A DNA stretch of 64,000 nt from Chiloscyllium plagiosum (lineage: Eukaryota). The DNA is taken from assembly GCF_004010195.1 (NCBI RefSeq), contig NC_057751.1, positions 3,956,961-4,020,960 on the forward strand, read 5' to 3'. The position numbers and the translations under genes are program-made. Position 1 is the first letter of the stretch; each line of letters begins with the position of its first letter. The notes beneath the pieces are model-generated. The model was given only the letters and a program-made list of their open reading frames with translations, made no database searches and was not told where the DNA came from. This document shows, piece after piece, positions 28,091 to 41,459 of the stretch.

Positions 28091-28759
28091 GGCCTGGAAT
28101 ACATCAGAAAGATTAATCGCCCAAAGATTCTGAAAGGAATCGGAAAGTTGTCTCCATAATCCATTAGTATAAAACTTCAGTATAAAACTTAAAAAGTTCA
28201 GACGGGAGGATATTTTCAATGGACTTAAGTTTCTGTAATCAATCATGTTGGAAAACAGGTGAAAACTTCCAGTTTCTGTTTGTGTTAAACTATTTCTAAA
28301 CTGTCCATCTATATCTATATCTATATCACGTTTTTTCACTTCTGTATTGAATATTTATGACTTGTCACGAAAGAACATCTGGAGCCTCGTATGAATAACT
28401 TTCAGTGACTAAACATCACATTGAAAAACTGAAACTTAGTAAATATCTGAAAAAGCTAAGTTTCATTCTGGGATTGACTGATCCAACAGTTCCATTATCT
28501 GGGATCAGAACAAAATCAAGTTATCACAGTACAAAGGGGGCTATTGGGCCGATTGACCCTGTGCCATTCAAGAATATTTTATTTTGACACGTATTCTAAT
28601 TTTTTCTATTTGGCAGAAGATGTGTCAATTTCTGGAATTTCACTTTCATCTTATAGGGATACACTGCAATGTATGTTGGCCTTGGAGAAGAAATCTTGTC
28701 TTAGCTAATGTTCTTAAGTGTTAGCTATAACTCATGCTATCACCAGCATGAATGAAAAC

Positions 28760-29100
28760 ATTTGGGATTCAAATTTCAATCTCAAAATCTAAACAGAAAA
28801 TCTCCGCTGACACAGCAAGCACGATTGAGAGAACAGTTAAACAGCGATTATTTGCTATCAGATGTTAAATTTAGCCCCGAAACTCTCTCAAGGGAACACG
28901 TATATTCCATAGTTTGATTTCAAATAAGAACAAGTATTCCTTGGTGTTTTATTTTTCAACCAGCAACACTGAAACAAATTATCTGGTCATTTTCACATTG
29001 CTGTTGCTGGGGTCTCTGCATTTCAGCAAATATGCTCCAAAAACATGTTTAGTGGCTGTCGCTCTGTGGGACATCGTGACACAATTTGAAAATTGTCATT
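28760..29100 (+). mobile_element. Ancient Deu-domain SINE (SacSINE1/AmnSINE-like)
   Basis: CAACACTGAAACAAATTATCTGGTCATTTTCACATTGCTGTT resembles the Deu-SINE core as I recall it; degenerate. Confidence 0.65.
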
Positions 29101-29834
29101 AAGATAAACATATCGATACAATACTTCGTAACCATTCCAACTGTCGATCAATTCCAGTATTTTATCAGTGCACCTGAAGATCCAGGGAAAATATTAACAT
29201 GATTGAACACTTTTCCAGAAGGTAATCCTCACATGTGTAAAAGTTACTTATCAAGACGTATTGATTACAGTTTGAAGTGAAAACACTGGAAACAAATAAA
29301 AAGAAAAAATAAGTCACAGCTCCAATGGTCCATCATTCAAGTTACTAAAAATGGGAATGGAAGAAATTGTCAGTAACTCAATTGACGTGCAGCAATACAT
29401 TTTACCACCACTGATTTCATTGCCAGTGCTACACAGTGAACTTCCCATAACTCATTTACTCATATTCTCTTCCAAGTAATATACTCTCTCTCTCTCTCTC
29501 TAACCCTACAGTTTCATCAGTACCTGCAGCTGTATGGCTTGGTGATTACTTAATCCAATCACAGATCTGATATCATGAAATTGGAAACCTGTATTTGAGG
29601 AAGAAAATGACAACCAAGACACAACTTGAACCCATAAAGAGCAACTTCTCAGTTGCCGGAGCCGAATCAAACTATTGTCGTCAGCAGGATGAAAATATTC
29701 ACACAATAAATCTATGGTTTACGAGCACTGGTTTACACTTTCAAAAATTAGCCACACAAATCTTGCATGTTGGCCTACATGCCTACAAAATATATGAAAC
29801 ACAATTTGAAAATGAACACACTTCAATCACAGTT

Positions 29835-30690
29835 ACATAACTCAGCCATTCAGCCCACTGAGTCTGCTCTGCCATTCAATGAGACCTTGGTTGATCTGAC
29901 AATCTTCAACACCATCTTTCTACGTTCCCCATGATCCTTGATTCTGTCACTGAATAAAAATCTATCTATCTCAGCCTTGAATACACTTCAATTTCAACAG
30001 CCCTCTGTGCTCAATAATTCCCCAGATTTACACTCAGAAGAAATTCCTCTTCATCTGTTTTAATTTGTGACCCCACAAAGGGAAACAAGCTCTTTGCATC
30101 TATCCTGTCAAGCCTTCTAATGATTGGATATGTTTCAATCAGGTTCCCTCATTCTTCTGAACTCAGAGTACAAAGTCCTTCCTATTCCGTGTCCCCTCAT
30201 AAGAAAATCCCTCCATTCCCAAAAACAACCTAATGAACCTTCTCTGAAATACCTCTAGTGCCAGTACATTTTCCTTTCAATAAGGGAACCAAAAGTGCTC
30301 ACAGTATTCTCAGTGTGGCCTGACTAGTGCCTTGGATAGGTTTAGCAAGTCTTGCCTATTTTTCTACTCCACTGCCTTGGAAATAAAGGCCAATTTCATT
30401 TGCCCTTCTGATTCACCAATAAACTAGGATAATAGCTTTTGAGATTCATGCACAAATCCTTCTGCTGCAGTTTTCTGCAGTCTTTCTCCATCACATTTAG
30501 CTCCTCTATTCTTCCTGCCAATGAACATATACTCAACATTTTCATACATTATATTCCATCTACTCGGTTTTTGCCTGCTCATTTAAGCTACCTAGACTTG
30601 ACTCTTTGTATTATCTTTTTTGCGTCATATACAAATTACATCGGCTTTCTTCATATAAATCATTAATATAGCTTGTGAATAACTATTTAA
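29835..30690 (-). mobile_element. Old CR1 3' portion
   Basis: Reverse complement of CR1 C-terminus and 3' UTR. Confidence 0.7.
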
Positions 30691-31269
30691 AATTGATTCC
30701 TTCCAATACAATCTCAATTTGCTCTCCATCAGTGCTGCTGTACTGGATTCAAATATGTTTATGAGGTAGCACGTGGACACTGGTGTAATCTAAGGTAGCA
30801 ACTGTTATATCTCACTAATGCTGTGCAAGACTTTTATACATTTTGGTTCATTAACATACAAAAAAAACATAATTTGAAGCAAGTATCTTTTTCATTGAAA
30901 TGAGCTTTTCTGGGTGTCTAATGAACGGCTGAGGTTCTTCCTTATTCTAAATTTAAAAGTTAAAAAGAAAGTTTTAAAGGGTTTTCTTTTACATTGCAAC
31001 ATTTGTTTGGGAAAGCCGAAGTTTATTTTCATAGAAGGAGTTGTGTTTTCATTTCGGGGAGTCCTACATGTGATCAGCTCTGGATAAGATTTCTTTTCTT
31101 CATGAAATTTATTGAATAAGAGTCTTTTTTTTATTCAATCAATCAGCTAAGTGGTTGATTTTATTCAAGTTTTACATGTTTGGTATACATATTTTTGAAC
31201 TTTTTCCATTTTAACAATGTTTTTACAGGTGACAAAAGGTAGTTTATTTGAAAGTTTCTTTTAGGTTTA

Positions 31270-33070
31270 CTGTCAATAAGGGTATACGTGAAGCACAGAG
31301 TGAGGTGGCCAGATTTGGAAAAGTTATTACAGAGCAGGGTCAGTAAGATAGATAGGTGACTGTCAGGAAAGGTAAGAAGATAGTTCAAAAGTCTCTGGTG
31401 GCTATTCCTCTATCGAACAGATATTCAATTGTTGGTATTGTTGAAGGGAATAGTCTCTCTGAGGAAAATGAAGCAGTCAGTTACTGGACACTCGGAATGA
31501 TTCTTATGTTTGGTAATGTTTGACGTAATTTAGTAGAATTATTGTTATGGGGATTCTTCTGTCAGGGGGAGTAAACAGGAGATTCTGTGACAATGAGCTC
31601 AAATTTAGAATGGTACATTGCTTTTCTGGTACTGAGATTAAGGTGTCTCTGAACGTTTCAAGCATATTGTTAAAGGAGAGATTGAGAAGCTGAAATTTAT
31701 TGTACACATTGGTAGAAATGACATTTTTAAGGAAAAGGTTAACACAGTACAAAGTGAATTTAAGACATTAGATTGAAGATTAAAAAATAGTACAAGTAGT
31801 GATCTCTCATTTTCTCCCAATGCCAAACTCAAAAGAGGGAAGGAACAAAAGGATAAAGGAGATCAATCAATGGCTAAAGAGCTCATTTATTGTTCAGGGA
31901 TTCAAGTTTTGGACAATTAGAATGCCTTTTTGGACAGAAAAGATCTGTTAAAAAAGGATGGGTCTAACCTGAACTGGAAAGAGATCACTGTCTGAACTGG
32001 GAGATTAGCTCATTCCATTAGGGGAGGCTTTGTAATGATCGAGAGGAGGAGTGGAGGAATTCCAAGTAGCAGTGTAAATACAAAGATTGATGGGGAAGGC
32101 TCTGAATGTGAAGAGAGCACGTCAATTAGAAAAGAAAGACAAGACAGAATCAGAGTATGCACTAAACTACACTTATTTCAATGCAAGGGGGCTTACAGTT
32201 GAGGCTGATGAACTCAGCTCAATGTTCCAGGTTTTAGATGCTATACAAAGGATAGGAAAGGAGGCAAGAAAGGAGGAAGGGGTGGCATTTTTAATTCAGG
32301 GATACATTATTGCTGCAACAAGAGGGAGATATTTATCAAAAATCATCCAGTGAAAATAGATAGATAGAAATTAGAATTAGGAAAGATCACATTGATGGGA
32401 TTGTACTGCAGCACTCCCCATTGGTAAGAGGGAAATTGAAAAACAAATATGTAAGCATAATAAGGTTGTAATAATGGGGATCTTAATTTTCTAAACATTG
32501 ACTAGGGTTATCATCATGTTGAAGGTCTGGATCATGAAGAATTTGACAAAAGTGTTCAAGAAAAATTTCTTTAACAATGCGTGGATGCTCCTACTGGATA
32601 AGGAGCAAAACTAGACCTTCTTTTGGGCAATAAGGTAGGGCAGGTGACTGAAGTAAAAGTAAGAGAACACTTTGGGTGTCACGATCATAACTCTATTAGT
32701 TTCAAAATGGTTATGGAAAAGGATAAGCCTTCCATAAAAGTTGAAGTGTCTAATTGGAGTAAAGCAAATTTTAATGGATGAGTCAAGAAGTTTCAGAAGT
32801 TGATTGGCGTAAGCTGTTCGGAAGTAAAAGGACATGTGACAAGTGGGAAGCTTTCAAAAGTGGGATGATGAGAGTTCAAAAGCATTATTTTCCTGTTTGA
32901 TTGAAGGGTAAGGCTGGTGAGATGAAGGAACAAGGGACGAATAAAGATATTGAGGCTCTCGTCAAAAATAAAAGAGATTCATATTTTAGATTATATACAA
33001 CTTAGTTCAATTGAATCTCTTAATCAATATGAAGTGTATAGGGGCATTCTTAAGAAAAAGGGTGAAGGAA
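31270..33070 (+). mobile_element. Old CR1 ORF1 plus ORF2 endonuclease
   Basis: VMGDS, IVHIGRND, YFNARGL and LDLLLGN remnants. Confidence 0.75.
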
Positions 33071-34725
33071 AAAGTCTGGGAAATGAGACAGACATGGGTC
33101 AGTGCCCTGTAAATCGCAGTTGTTTTGACACGGAGTAAACACTCCTACTTAAATTAAAACCAGTAACACAGAGAAGATTTATCCCATGCAGTAATCTGTA
33201 AAAATTCAAGGGGCCTCGAACTATTGAAAGTAAGAAATAAAGTTGTTAATTTTTAAAGTATAACAGAGAATAATTAACAAACTATTCACTTTCTCTCGTG
33301 TACCTTTACCTTCCCTTATGTAATACGAGTCTGATAAGACCCCTCACTTAAGATTTACAGAAAATTTCTACTTTTAAAACCAGCCGGCAGTTGAATCTTC
33401 TTTCTATCTCCGTCGGTAGATTTGCTCCCCAGTTCAGGGTTGAGGTTTTTCTCTGTGCAAACTCTTTCTTTAGACAGGTACTTCTCAGAAAGTTCTGACC
33501 AGCACTCTACATCTGTTGGTCCAGTGGCAGTTCTCCTCCCAACTGTTCGATTTTCTCCAGTCTTTTACCCCAAAGCATCAGATTGCGTCATTAGCTTTTA
33601 AGATTGCCAATATACTCAATTCAAACTTTACTGGAATTTGGTATTTTTTCAGGATATAATTTAAACTGATTGACCCAATTCGAATCTGTATTGTCGTTTC
33701 CAGGTAACTAACTACCCAAGTAGCTGGAGCAGATGTTACATTGTGTCTTGTTGACAACACTTGGTGCTGTCACTGCTAGCTTTTACTCTCATAAAGGTAC
33801 CGTACACCCACATCTTCATAAAACAGTGGTGGGGAATCTTCACTTGAGAAAAAAGGCGGACATTTCTGAGCCACCCCCACCCCACAAAAGTTGACATAAT
33901 CAGAACAAATGCAACAGAGGCAAAGAAACTGGGAGAATGGGAGGAATCCTTACAGGAAGCCACATCGGAGGATGTCTCGTCCAGGTAACTTAAGGATTCA
34001 GTGGGTTTGCAGCAAATATTGGTGACCAATCTTTCGTTAGAAATAGAAGCAGAAATGTCAAGGAAGCAAAGGGAGGAGTCATAGATGGACCAATGAAAGT
34101 GAGAGCAAGGTGAAAACTGGAAGCAAAATTGGTCAATTTTTCCAATTCTGAGTAAGAGAAAATGTCGTGGGGATCCACTGAGTCGGATCCAAAGATACCA
34201 CACAAAGAGGGGCGTAACTGGAGCCTATGGTGGTACCTAAGGCCACGCCTTTGATCTGAAGAAAATTAGAGGAGTTAAACGAGAGTTAACCACTGTATTC
34301 CCCAGGCAACATTTGTATCGTGGGCCTGGTGCAGTGGCTCGGCACAAACTGGAATAACAACATCTCGTCTTCCGCTTCGAGACCCTGCAACCTGCAACCT
34401 TCAGGACTCAATATAGAGTTCAATAATTTTAGAACCTGAACATCTCGTTTCATGACCATGACCTGTCCTCAAGCGCAAGGCCCTGTCCTGACAATGGCTG
34501 CTTTCAGCACAGCCAGCCTACGTTTAACTACTTATGGTCTCCTTCCCTAGCTTAACATATTCATCCTTTTGACTGCCAACCTTCTCTCCACTCTGTCTCC
34601 ACTTATTTGCCTCGTCCACACATACACATCCACCCACCTTCACTATTTTTAACCACTTTTTCCTCAGTCCTATCAGTTCTGAAGAAGGGTCACTGGACTT
34701 AAAATATCTCCAGAATAAAAGATAC
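33070..34725 (-). mobile_element. Penelope-like element (minus-strand RT; inverted plus-strand 3' piece 34290-34725) interrupted by a solo LTR
   Basis: FLDISASI, KPTESLSYLD.SS..ASCKDS (PLE RT thumb); HLVFRFETLQP and a decayed hammerhead at ~34679 on the plus strand. Confidence 0.8.
33121..33823 (-). mobile_element. Solo LTR (Gypsy-like) with 4-bp TSD CAGT
   Basis: Ends TGTTTTGA...TCATAAAA; CAGT at 33117-33120 and 33824-33827; both ends resemble the reverse complement of 45587-46355. Confidence 0.75.
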
Positions 34726-34739
34726 TGCAAGGATGCACC

Positions 34740-35440
34740 AATCACAACTAACCAAGAATTAATGATGGTGTCAAATTGGACAAAAAAAAAACGACAAAGA
34801 ATACTAGAAGGCCAGATGACTGAGAAAATGTCAGGAATACTGAAGGATAACTCAATAAAGAGGAAATTAGACCACGAGAGAATCTTAACAAGAAATTTTT
34901 TTTACAATTCAGTAAAGGCTTCCAGAAATATTTAAAAAATAGAAGTAAGCATTTGCCATTTGGTTGAGGCTGGGAATTAATAATGGAGAGAAAATGAAAT
35001 GGAAGAAATGAACAAATATGTTGCACTTGTTTTCACAGTGGAAGATACAGAAAGCATTCAAGACTGTGGACAATCAAAAGGTAACAGGAAGGGCAGAACT
35101 TAAAGCAATCACAATCATAAGAATCAATCTATGCTGAACTGGAAAACTAGTGACCTGAAGATTAACAAGCCCACTGGATTTGATTTTTTCACCCTCAGGG
35201 CTTAAGCAGGTTGCTGCAAAAACAATTGATGCATTGATTGCAATCTTCAGAAATTCCTCATTTCTGAAAGGTTCTAGTCAATTGGAAAACTGAAAATATA
35301 ACAATTCTCATCACATTTGGAAACAGTTAGTCAGTTAGCCTAACTTGTGCTATTATCAAAATGCTCAACCCAATATTAAAAATATTGCAGAAGGTCATTC
35401 AGATAATCACCATGCCATCAGACAAGATCAACATGAGGCT
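34740..35440 (+). mobile_element. Old CR1 ORF2 fragment
   Basis: Degenerate N.Y.ALVFTVED, WKTENITI and QHE motifs. Confidence 0.6.
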
Positions 35441-36705
35441 AAACAATTCCTCTCCTGCCTTGTTTTTGGCAGCAGCCCCAGGTAGAATCTGAGGAATTAT
35501 ACACCCAACCCTGAGTAAGTATCCAACAAATGGTAGACAGGTGGACAATATTACCTTTTGTAAATGTCAAATAATTCAGTTTGTTAACAAGCAAACTGAC
35601 TTGGTTTCCGATAAAGAGTTGAGATGGATTCCTTGGACCAATGGCCTTTTTGTTGAGCCCAATTGAATCCAGGGACATTTCATTTAAAAAAGTTGAAATC
35701 TCAGACAGTTACTGAGAGATTAAGGCCACATGATTTCATGGTTTAAACAGAAGCACTTTAATGTATAAGAGTTTAAAAAATGCAAGCATTGCTTTTTCTT
35801 GTTTTAGGTAACCACTATACTCTAAAACGCAAAATCAACAAATTAATTTGAGTACAGGTCTGCTTTTGTTATCTCTTCATTTAGCTGATGTTCTACATCC
35901 TTGCTAATATGCTGAGAAATTCTCTCTGAAACCTCTTTTGGGTCTTGATATTCTGCAAAAAGGGGGATGTCCAGAATTTGATATAACACTCTAGCTGGAG
36001 GATAGCAGTTATTTCTTCAGGTTTAGCAAAACTTCCATGCCTCTGTTTACACAGCTAAGGATTGTCTAACTTGTCTCTCAACATAGCCTTTGTCACTTGC
36101 TCTGCCACTCTCATGGACTTGTGTATGCCTCACATGTGACTCTGTTCTTGAACTCTCAACACTATAGCACAAGATGATAAATTTGGACAAGCAGTTTCCA
36201 TAATAAATGTGGTGAACTGACAACAGGTGAGAAAGTTTTGGGGAATTGGCTATTCTTTATTCTTCTTGAGGCAGAGTCAGGACTGGGGACCCCGGTCAGG
36301 GAGGTGGTCTCTGAGAGCTGACAGCTATCTCCTTCGGATGTGGCCGGTTGAAATGATCAGATCACAGAGAAAGGAGGGCGGGCTCGGTAAATTTCTCACT
36401 CCATAGTATTGGCTGGTTGAAACTTGTTTATCGTCGAGCAAGAGGTCATAAGGTACAACTGGATCGTCCCTCACTGTAGTTGGAAAGGGGACTCCCCTTC
36501 AGACTATGCGTGAGAGAATACCTGATCAGGAAAATGATCTATAAGAGTTAGAGGCCCCTCAGAGAAACTGGACATTTTGGTAAATTCTTTGTGTGAACTA
36601 GGCAACTTGGTAAATTGTAACATACGAATTAAAGGATGTCCAGTTTGAGTGATTAAACAATTATAGAGTGTATGTGTGTGTGTAAGAGAGAGAAACAGAC
36701 AGAGA

Positions 36706-36871
36706 GATTAGATTAGATTCTTGACTGTGTGGAACCAGGCCCTTCGGCCCAACAAGTCCACACCAACCCTCCAAAGAGTAATCCACCCAGACCCATTTCC
36801 CTCAGAGATAGAGAGATAGAGAGGGAGAGACCCATTTCCCTGAGAGAGAGGGAGACAGAGAGAGAGAGAGA
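36706..36871 (-). mobile_element. HE1/HER1 3' tail within (GA)n microsatellite
   Basis: Matches the tail at 1455-1530; (TCTAA)n end; flanking GA repeats. Confidence 0.75.
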
Positions 36872-37514
36872 GAATGTCAAAAGAATGGGCAACAAAATCT
36901 CTCATGAGGTGCAGTCACAGAAGGGAACACCTTTAACATACATGTCTGTCCACTGCTGGCCTGATCCAGAACAAAAACTTTGTCAACAAGTGGGTGAAAT
37001 GGACATAAGGAACTGAGAAGCCACTTCCACCTGATTACATAGCACAATCGTCAGAAATTGTGACAAAATCAAAAAGGCAAAGGAAACAGAGAGAGAGAGG
37101 GGCCAATTTTTAGTGTTCCGTTCACTGAACTAAGTGTTAATTCTTTGTGGCCTGTTTTGAATGTACATTTGGTCGTCGGTGATTACATGTGGTCTTGTAG
37201 AATTTTTTCTTTGTTCCCTGGAATCCCAGATCCAGGAATGTTTCAAATTAAGTCTACATTTTGGAAATCCATGGTGATTTGATCAAGCATGGTCCTTTTG
37301 TGGAACTATGTTAAAAATCACACAACACCACGTGGAACTATGAGTACGAGTGGAAAAGAAAATCTGGCAGGAAATGTTTAGAAAATTGGGTCACAAAGAT
37401 TGGTCAAATTTATCTCTTAGAATTGGAATTTCTCTCTTGGAATTTGAATTTATCACATTCAGAATTTCATTTTCTGGCCAGAATGAACTTCCAAATACTG
37501 TTATACGACCGAAA

Positions 37515-38445
37515 CACCATAAAACATAGGAGCGGAAGTAAGGCCATTCAGCCCATCGAGTCCACTCCGTCATTCAATCATGGCTGATGGGCATTTCAAC
37601 CCCACTTACCTGCATTCTCCCCGTAGCCCTTAATTCCTTGTGACATCAAGAATTTATCAATTTCTGCCTTGAAGACATTTAGCACCACAGCCTCCACTGC
37701 ACTCTGCGGCAATGAATTCCACAGGCCCACCACTCTCTGGCTGAAGAAATGTCTCCGCATCTCTGTTNNNNNNNNNNNNNNNNNNNNNNNNNNNNNNNNN
37801 NNNNNNNNNNNNNNNNNNNNNNNNNNNNNNNNNNNNNNNNNNNNNNNNNNNNNNNNNNNNNNNNNNNNNNNNNNNNNNNNNNNNNNNNNNNNNNNNNNNN
37901 NNNNNNNNNNNNNNNNNNNNNNNNNNNNNNNNNNNNNNNNNNNNNNNNNNNNNNNNNNNNNNNNNNNNNNNNNNNNNNNNNNNNNNNNNNNNNNNNNNNN
38001 NNNNNNNNNNNNNNNNNNNNNNNNNNNNNNNNNNNNNNNNNNNNNNNNNNNNNNNNNNNNNNNNNNNNNNNNNNNNNNNNNNNNNNNNNNNNNNNNNNNN
38101 NNNNNNNNNNNNNNNNNNNNNNNNNNNNNNNNNNNNNNNNNNNNNNNNNNNNNTGCCTGTCCACCTAACTTTGTATCATCGGCAAACTTCACTAGAATGC
38201 CCCCAGTCCCTTCATCCAGATCATTAATGTATAACGTGAACAGCTGCGGCCCCAACACTGAACCCTGCGGCACACCGCTTGTCACCATTCTGAAAAAGAA
38301 CCTCTTATCCCAACTCTCTGCCTTCTGTCAGACAGCCAATCCTCAATCCATACCAGTAGCTCACCTCGAACTCCAAGGGCCCTCACCTTACTCAGCAGCC
38401 TCCCATGTGGCACCTTATCAAAGGCCTTTTGGAAGTCGAGGTAGA
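37515..38445 (-). mobile_element. Young CR1 3' portion inserted in the ERV leader (contains gap 37768-38153)
   Basis: [40 protein letters not shown]. Confidence 0.92.
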
Positions 38446-38679
38446 CCTAGTTTTAACATGTAAACTAATCTTTAATTTTCTCACGGTAAATGTACTTTGT
38501 GAAAATTTGAATTTTGGACTGTTTGAACTAAATTTTGGTCAAGTGTTCTAACTTTCTGACAAGATTTATGAAGATGTGGAGGTGACATTGAACGATGTTC
38601 AAGTATTGAAGGGGATGTGGGGACACCTGCCCTTGTAAGTTCTATTGTAAACAGGTTGTAATCATGTATGAAAAATCCG

Positions 38680-39400
38680 TTCTGTGCCCGCTGTATCGGT
38701 CAGCAAACTCGGGACCTGGGATGTGGCCTCTTGTGAACAAGCAGTCAACATAATTTGGAAGAAAATTTGTGGGAAATTATTAATTAAAGAATGGAAGGAT
38801 AAAGCCGATAGTAAATGGAAAGGAAAGATAATTGACTGGCCAGTTGGAGAAATAATGCATGTGATGGGGGATAGAGCTATGTACAGCAGATGGAACTCAC
38901 AAAAGCTGCTGGATGTTAAAAGCTGAGTGCAAATGGGCAGATGGGAGGCATCAAAGGGAGCCGTGGAAACAGCAGAAGGACACTAAGACTGAGGAAGAGA
39001 AACAAAAAGGGTTCAAGCAATAGCGCTGTGAAGAGAATCTAAGTTCTACTCAGGATTCCAGGCCCATGTCTGGCACACCAACCCTTTTTGATGAGGAGGA
39101 TGACACTGATAGAAATGAGGAAGGAGCTGTTCTCTGAGATTGCTGGCTCCCCCAGTTTACCCGCCTGTTCCTACTTCACTGTCCCCGCCACCATACCAGG
39201 CTCCTGAGGGATCCTGAGAAGGACTACTCTGACCTTTGCCCCGAGGTTAGTGGACTCCAGGTTGGTCCCCAATTGTAATGCCCAATACGACAGTAACCAA
39301 ATCCCCGAGCCACTGATGACAGTGATCAGGAACCAAAAATTGGAGTGTGCCCCCCTTGGAAGCCCTAAGGAATGATAATGACAACGAATCAAGTTCCGGT
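38680..39400 (+). pseudogene. gag: ERV gag N-terminal remnant (matrix-like region plus PPPY late domain)
   Basis: W.G..IDWP in ORF 38684-38926; CCG CCA CCA TAC (PPPY) at 39185-39196; lies upstream of pol. Confidence 0.55.
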
Positions 39401-39639
39401 TCGTAAGACAACGAGCCCAATTCGCCCATTATGTCCAAAGGATGATTCAAATGTATAATGCCACCCCCCCAAGTTTTGTTTGCACTGTGCTGTATGATTT
39501 TATCACTAGAGGAAATCACTAAACAGCAGGAACAAACGGGTGATGACGATCAAACCCCCCCACCCCTGACCCCAGGTATGAATGGCAGGCTCTTGTTTTA
39601 ACTGTGGGTAATATGGCCACTGGAGAGCAAAGTGTGTTT

Positions 39640-41310
39640 GTCGTGACCTTGAAACTACCAGTTGCATTGAAAGTAATACAGTATGTGGATGATTTGCTTG
39701 TTCTCGGCAAAAGCATGTCCAGCTGCAAAACTAATACAGCAGGATTACCAAATGTCTTGCACTTCCTAGGATAGGACAATGTTTTTCAGGATATGCGGTT
39801 GCCACCGATTATGAGATTGTTGTGCAAGCAGCCATTGAAACTCCTGTCAGCACAGAAAGCCAACTTGCTTGCCCTCACTCATGCTTGCACATTAGCAAAG
39901 GGAAAATCTGCAAATATATATACTGACTCTCTTTATGCTTTTGGCATAGTCCACGATTACAGAGCCCCATAGGAACACAGGGGATTTTTAACTTCCACAA
40001 GACAGCCCATTAAGTAATGCTGTTTTTGTCCATAACCTCTTGCAATTGCCAACCAGTCTAGCAGTTATCAAATGTTTGGCTCACACTCGTGCAACGGATA
40101 CAGTCTCCAAAGGCAGTGAGTGGGTAGACACTGCTGCCAAGCAGGCGGCCTGACAACCTGTACTTCTGGTTCCATTGGGTTCCCAGCAAAACCCGTTTAG
40201 AAACAGTTTCAGGACAAGTATGCCAGCCCAAGGTGAGATACAGAAATTACAGGGGACACCCCTGCTGAACAGCACAAACTATGGACTCAAATGGGGTGCT
40301 CCCTCGACACTCAGACCAAGCTGTGGGTGACCCCTATGGGATAAGTTTGTGTTCCTTCTTTGCTCCCACCAATCTTAGCTGATTACGTGCATAATTGTAC
40401 ACACTTGGGCAAGGAGGGAATGGTTAATACTTTATTACAAATCTGATAGCATCTGGATTTCCAGAAAGCAGCTGAGAAATGAGCTAAAGCATGCCTCATG
40501 TGTAAAAAGATGAATGCTGGAAAAGGGATGCTTTTGCTTGTCTACAACTCGATTTTATAGAATTACCTGCAATACATTGTCGTAGGTATTGTTTAGTAAT
40601 AGTAGATGCATTTAGTCGATGGATTGAAGCAATCCCAATGAATGATCATACTGCTCCAACAGAGGTAAAAATATCATTGAGGGAAATATTATTGAGGGAA
40701 ATGATTCCCAGTTGTGGACTTCCAGAAATTATAAGCTCAGACAATGGACCACTCTTTGTAGCTAGAATAAATGAGAAGATCTACAAAGAGCTGAGTATAA
40801 AGCAACAGTTTCCCTGTACTCACCATCCAAAAGCAGCTGGGATAGTGGAAGGAGCAAATGGCGTTTGAAAGACTAAGTTAGCCAAACTAACACAGGAGAC
40901 TGGACTGAACTGGCTGAAGGTCCACCTTTGGCACCATTCCATATGAGAGTTACCCCCTCAGGTAGAACAGGGTTATCCCTCGCTGAGATTATCTGTGGAA
41001 AGCCTATGCGGACCCCGTGGGAACCTGGGGTAGTCCAACCACCCGTTCCTGAAAGACTAAATATGCACACTCTGAGGACAGGAAGTGGGAAAGTACCTGC
41101 AAAGGTTAACCAAAACTCTGCAAAGTTTACATTTCCAAGTATGCCAAGCCCACTTAGAGGGTAACGACCTGTCTGATGGGGATTACCATACTTTAGAACC
41201 TGGAGGTTCCATCCTGATTAATAATTGGGACCAGAAAAAAAGTTACAACCATCGTGGAAAGGACTGTTTCAGGTGTTGCTGACTACTCCCATAGCCATGA
41301 AAGTGTAAGG
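39640..41310 (+). pseudogene. pol: ERV pol remnant: short RT piece, RNase H, integrase
   Basis: IQYVDDLLV (YVDD at 39682-39693); SAQKA..ALT.AC, NIYTDSLYAFG; H-x3-H..CLMC; LQLDFIEL, VIVDAFSRWIEA, SSDNGP, HPKAAGIVE; WKGLFQVLLTTP. Confidence 0.92.
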
Positions 41311-41459
41311 ACAACCACTCTGAACTGTAAGTGAGTCAGTGAAGAAACAGACGAGGGTTAAGAAAGAAAAACGCATTAGATACTGGTAACTTTAGGGGCT
41401 TTTACTTTGGGGACAAAAGGATTTCGGACTGCACCTCTTTGTCCCTGGGAGGGCAACTA

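Noticed and set aside
36200..36226. TGGTGAACTGAC as a possible ERV primer-binding site (tRNA-His-like)
   Set aside because: Only about half of 18 nt match and no 5' LTR copy precedes it
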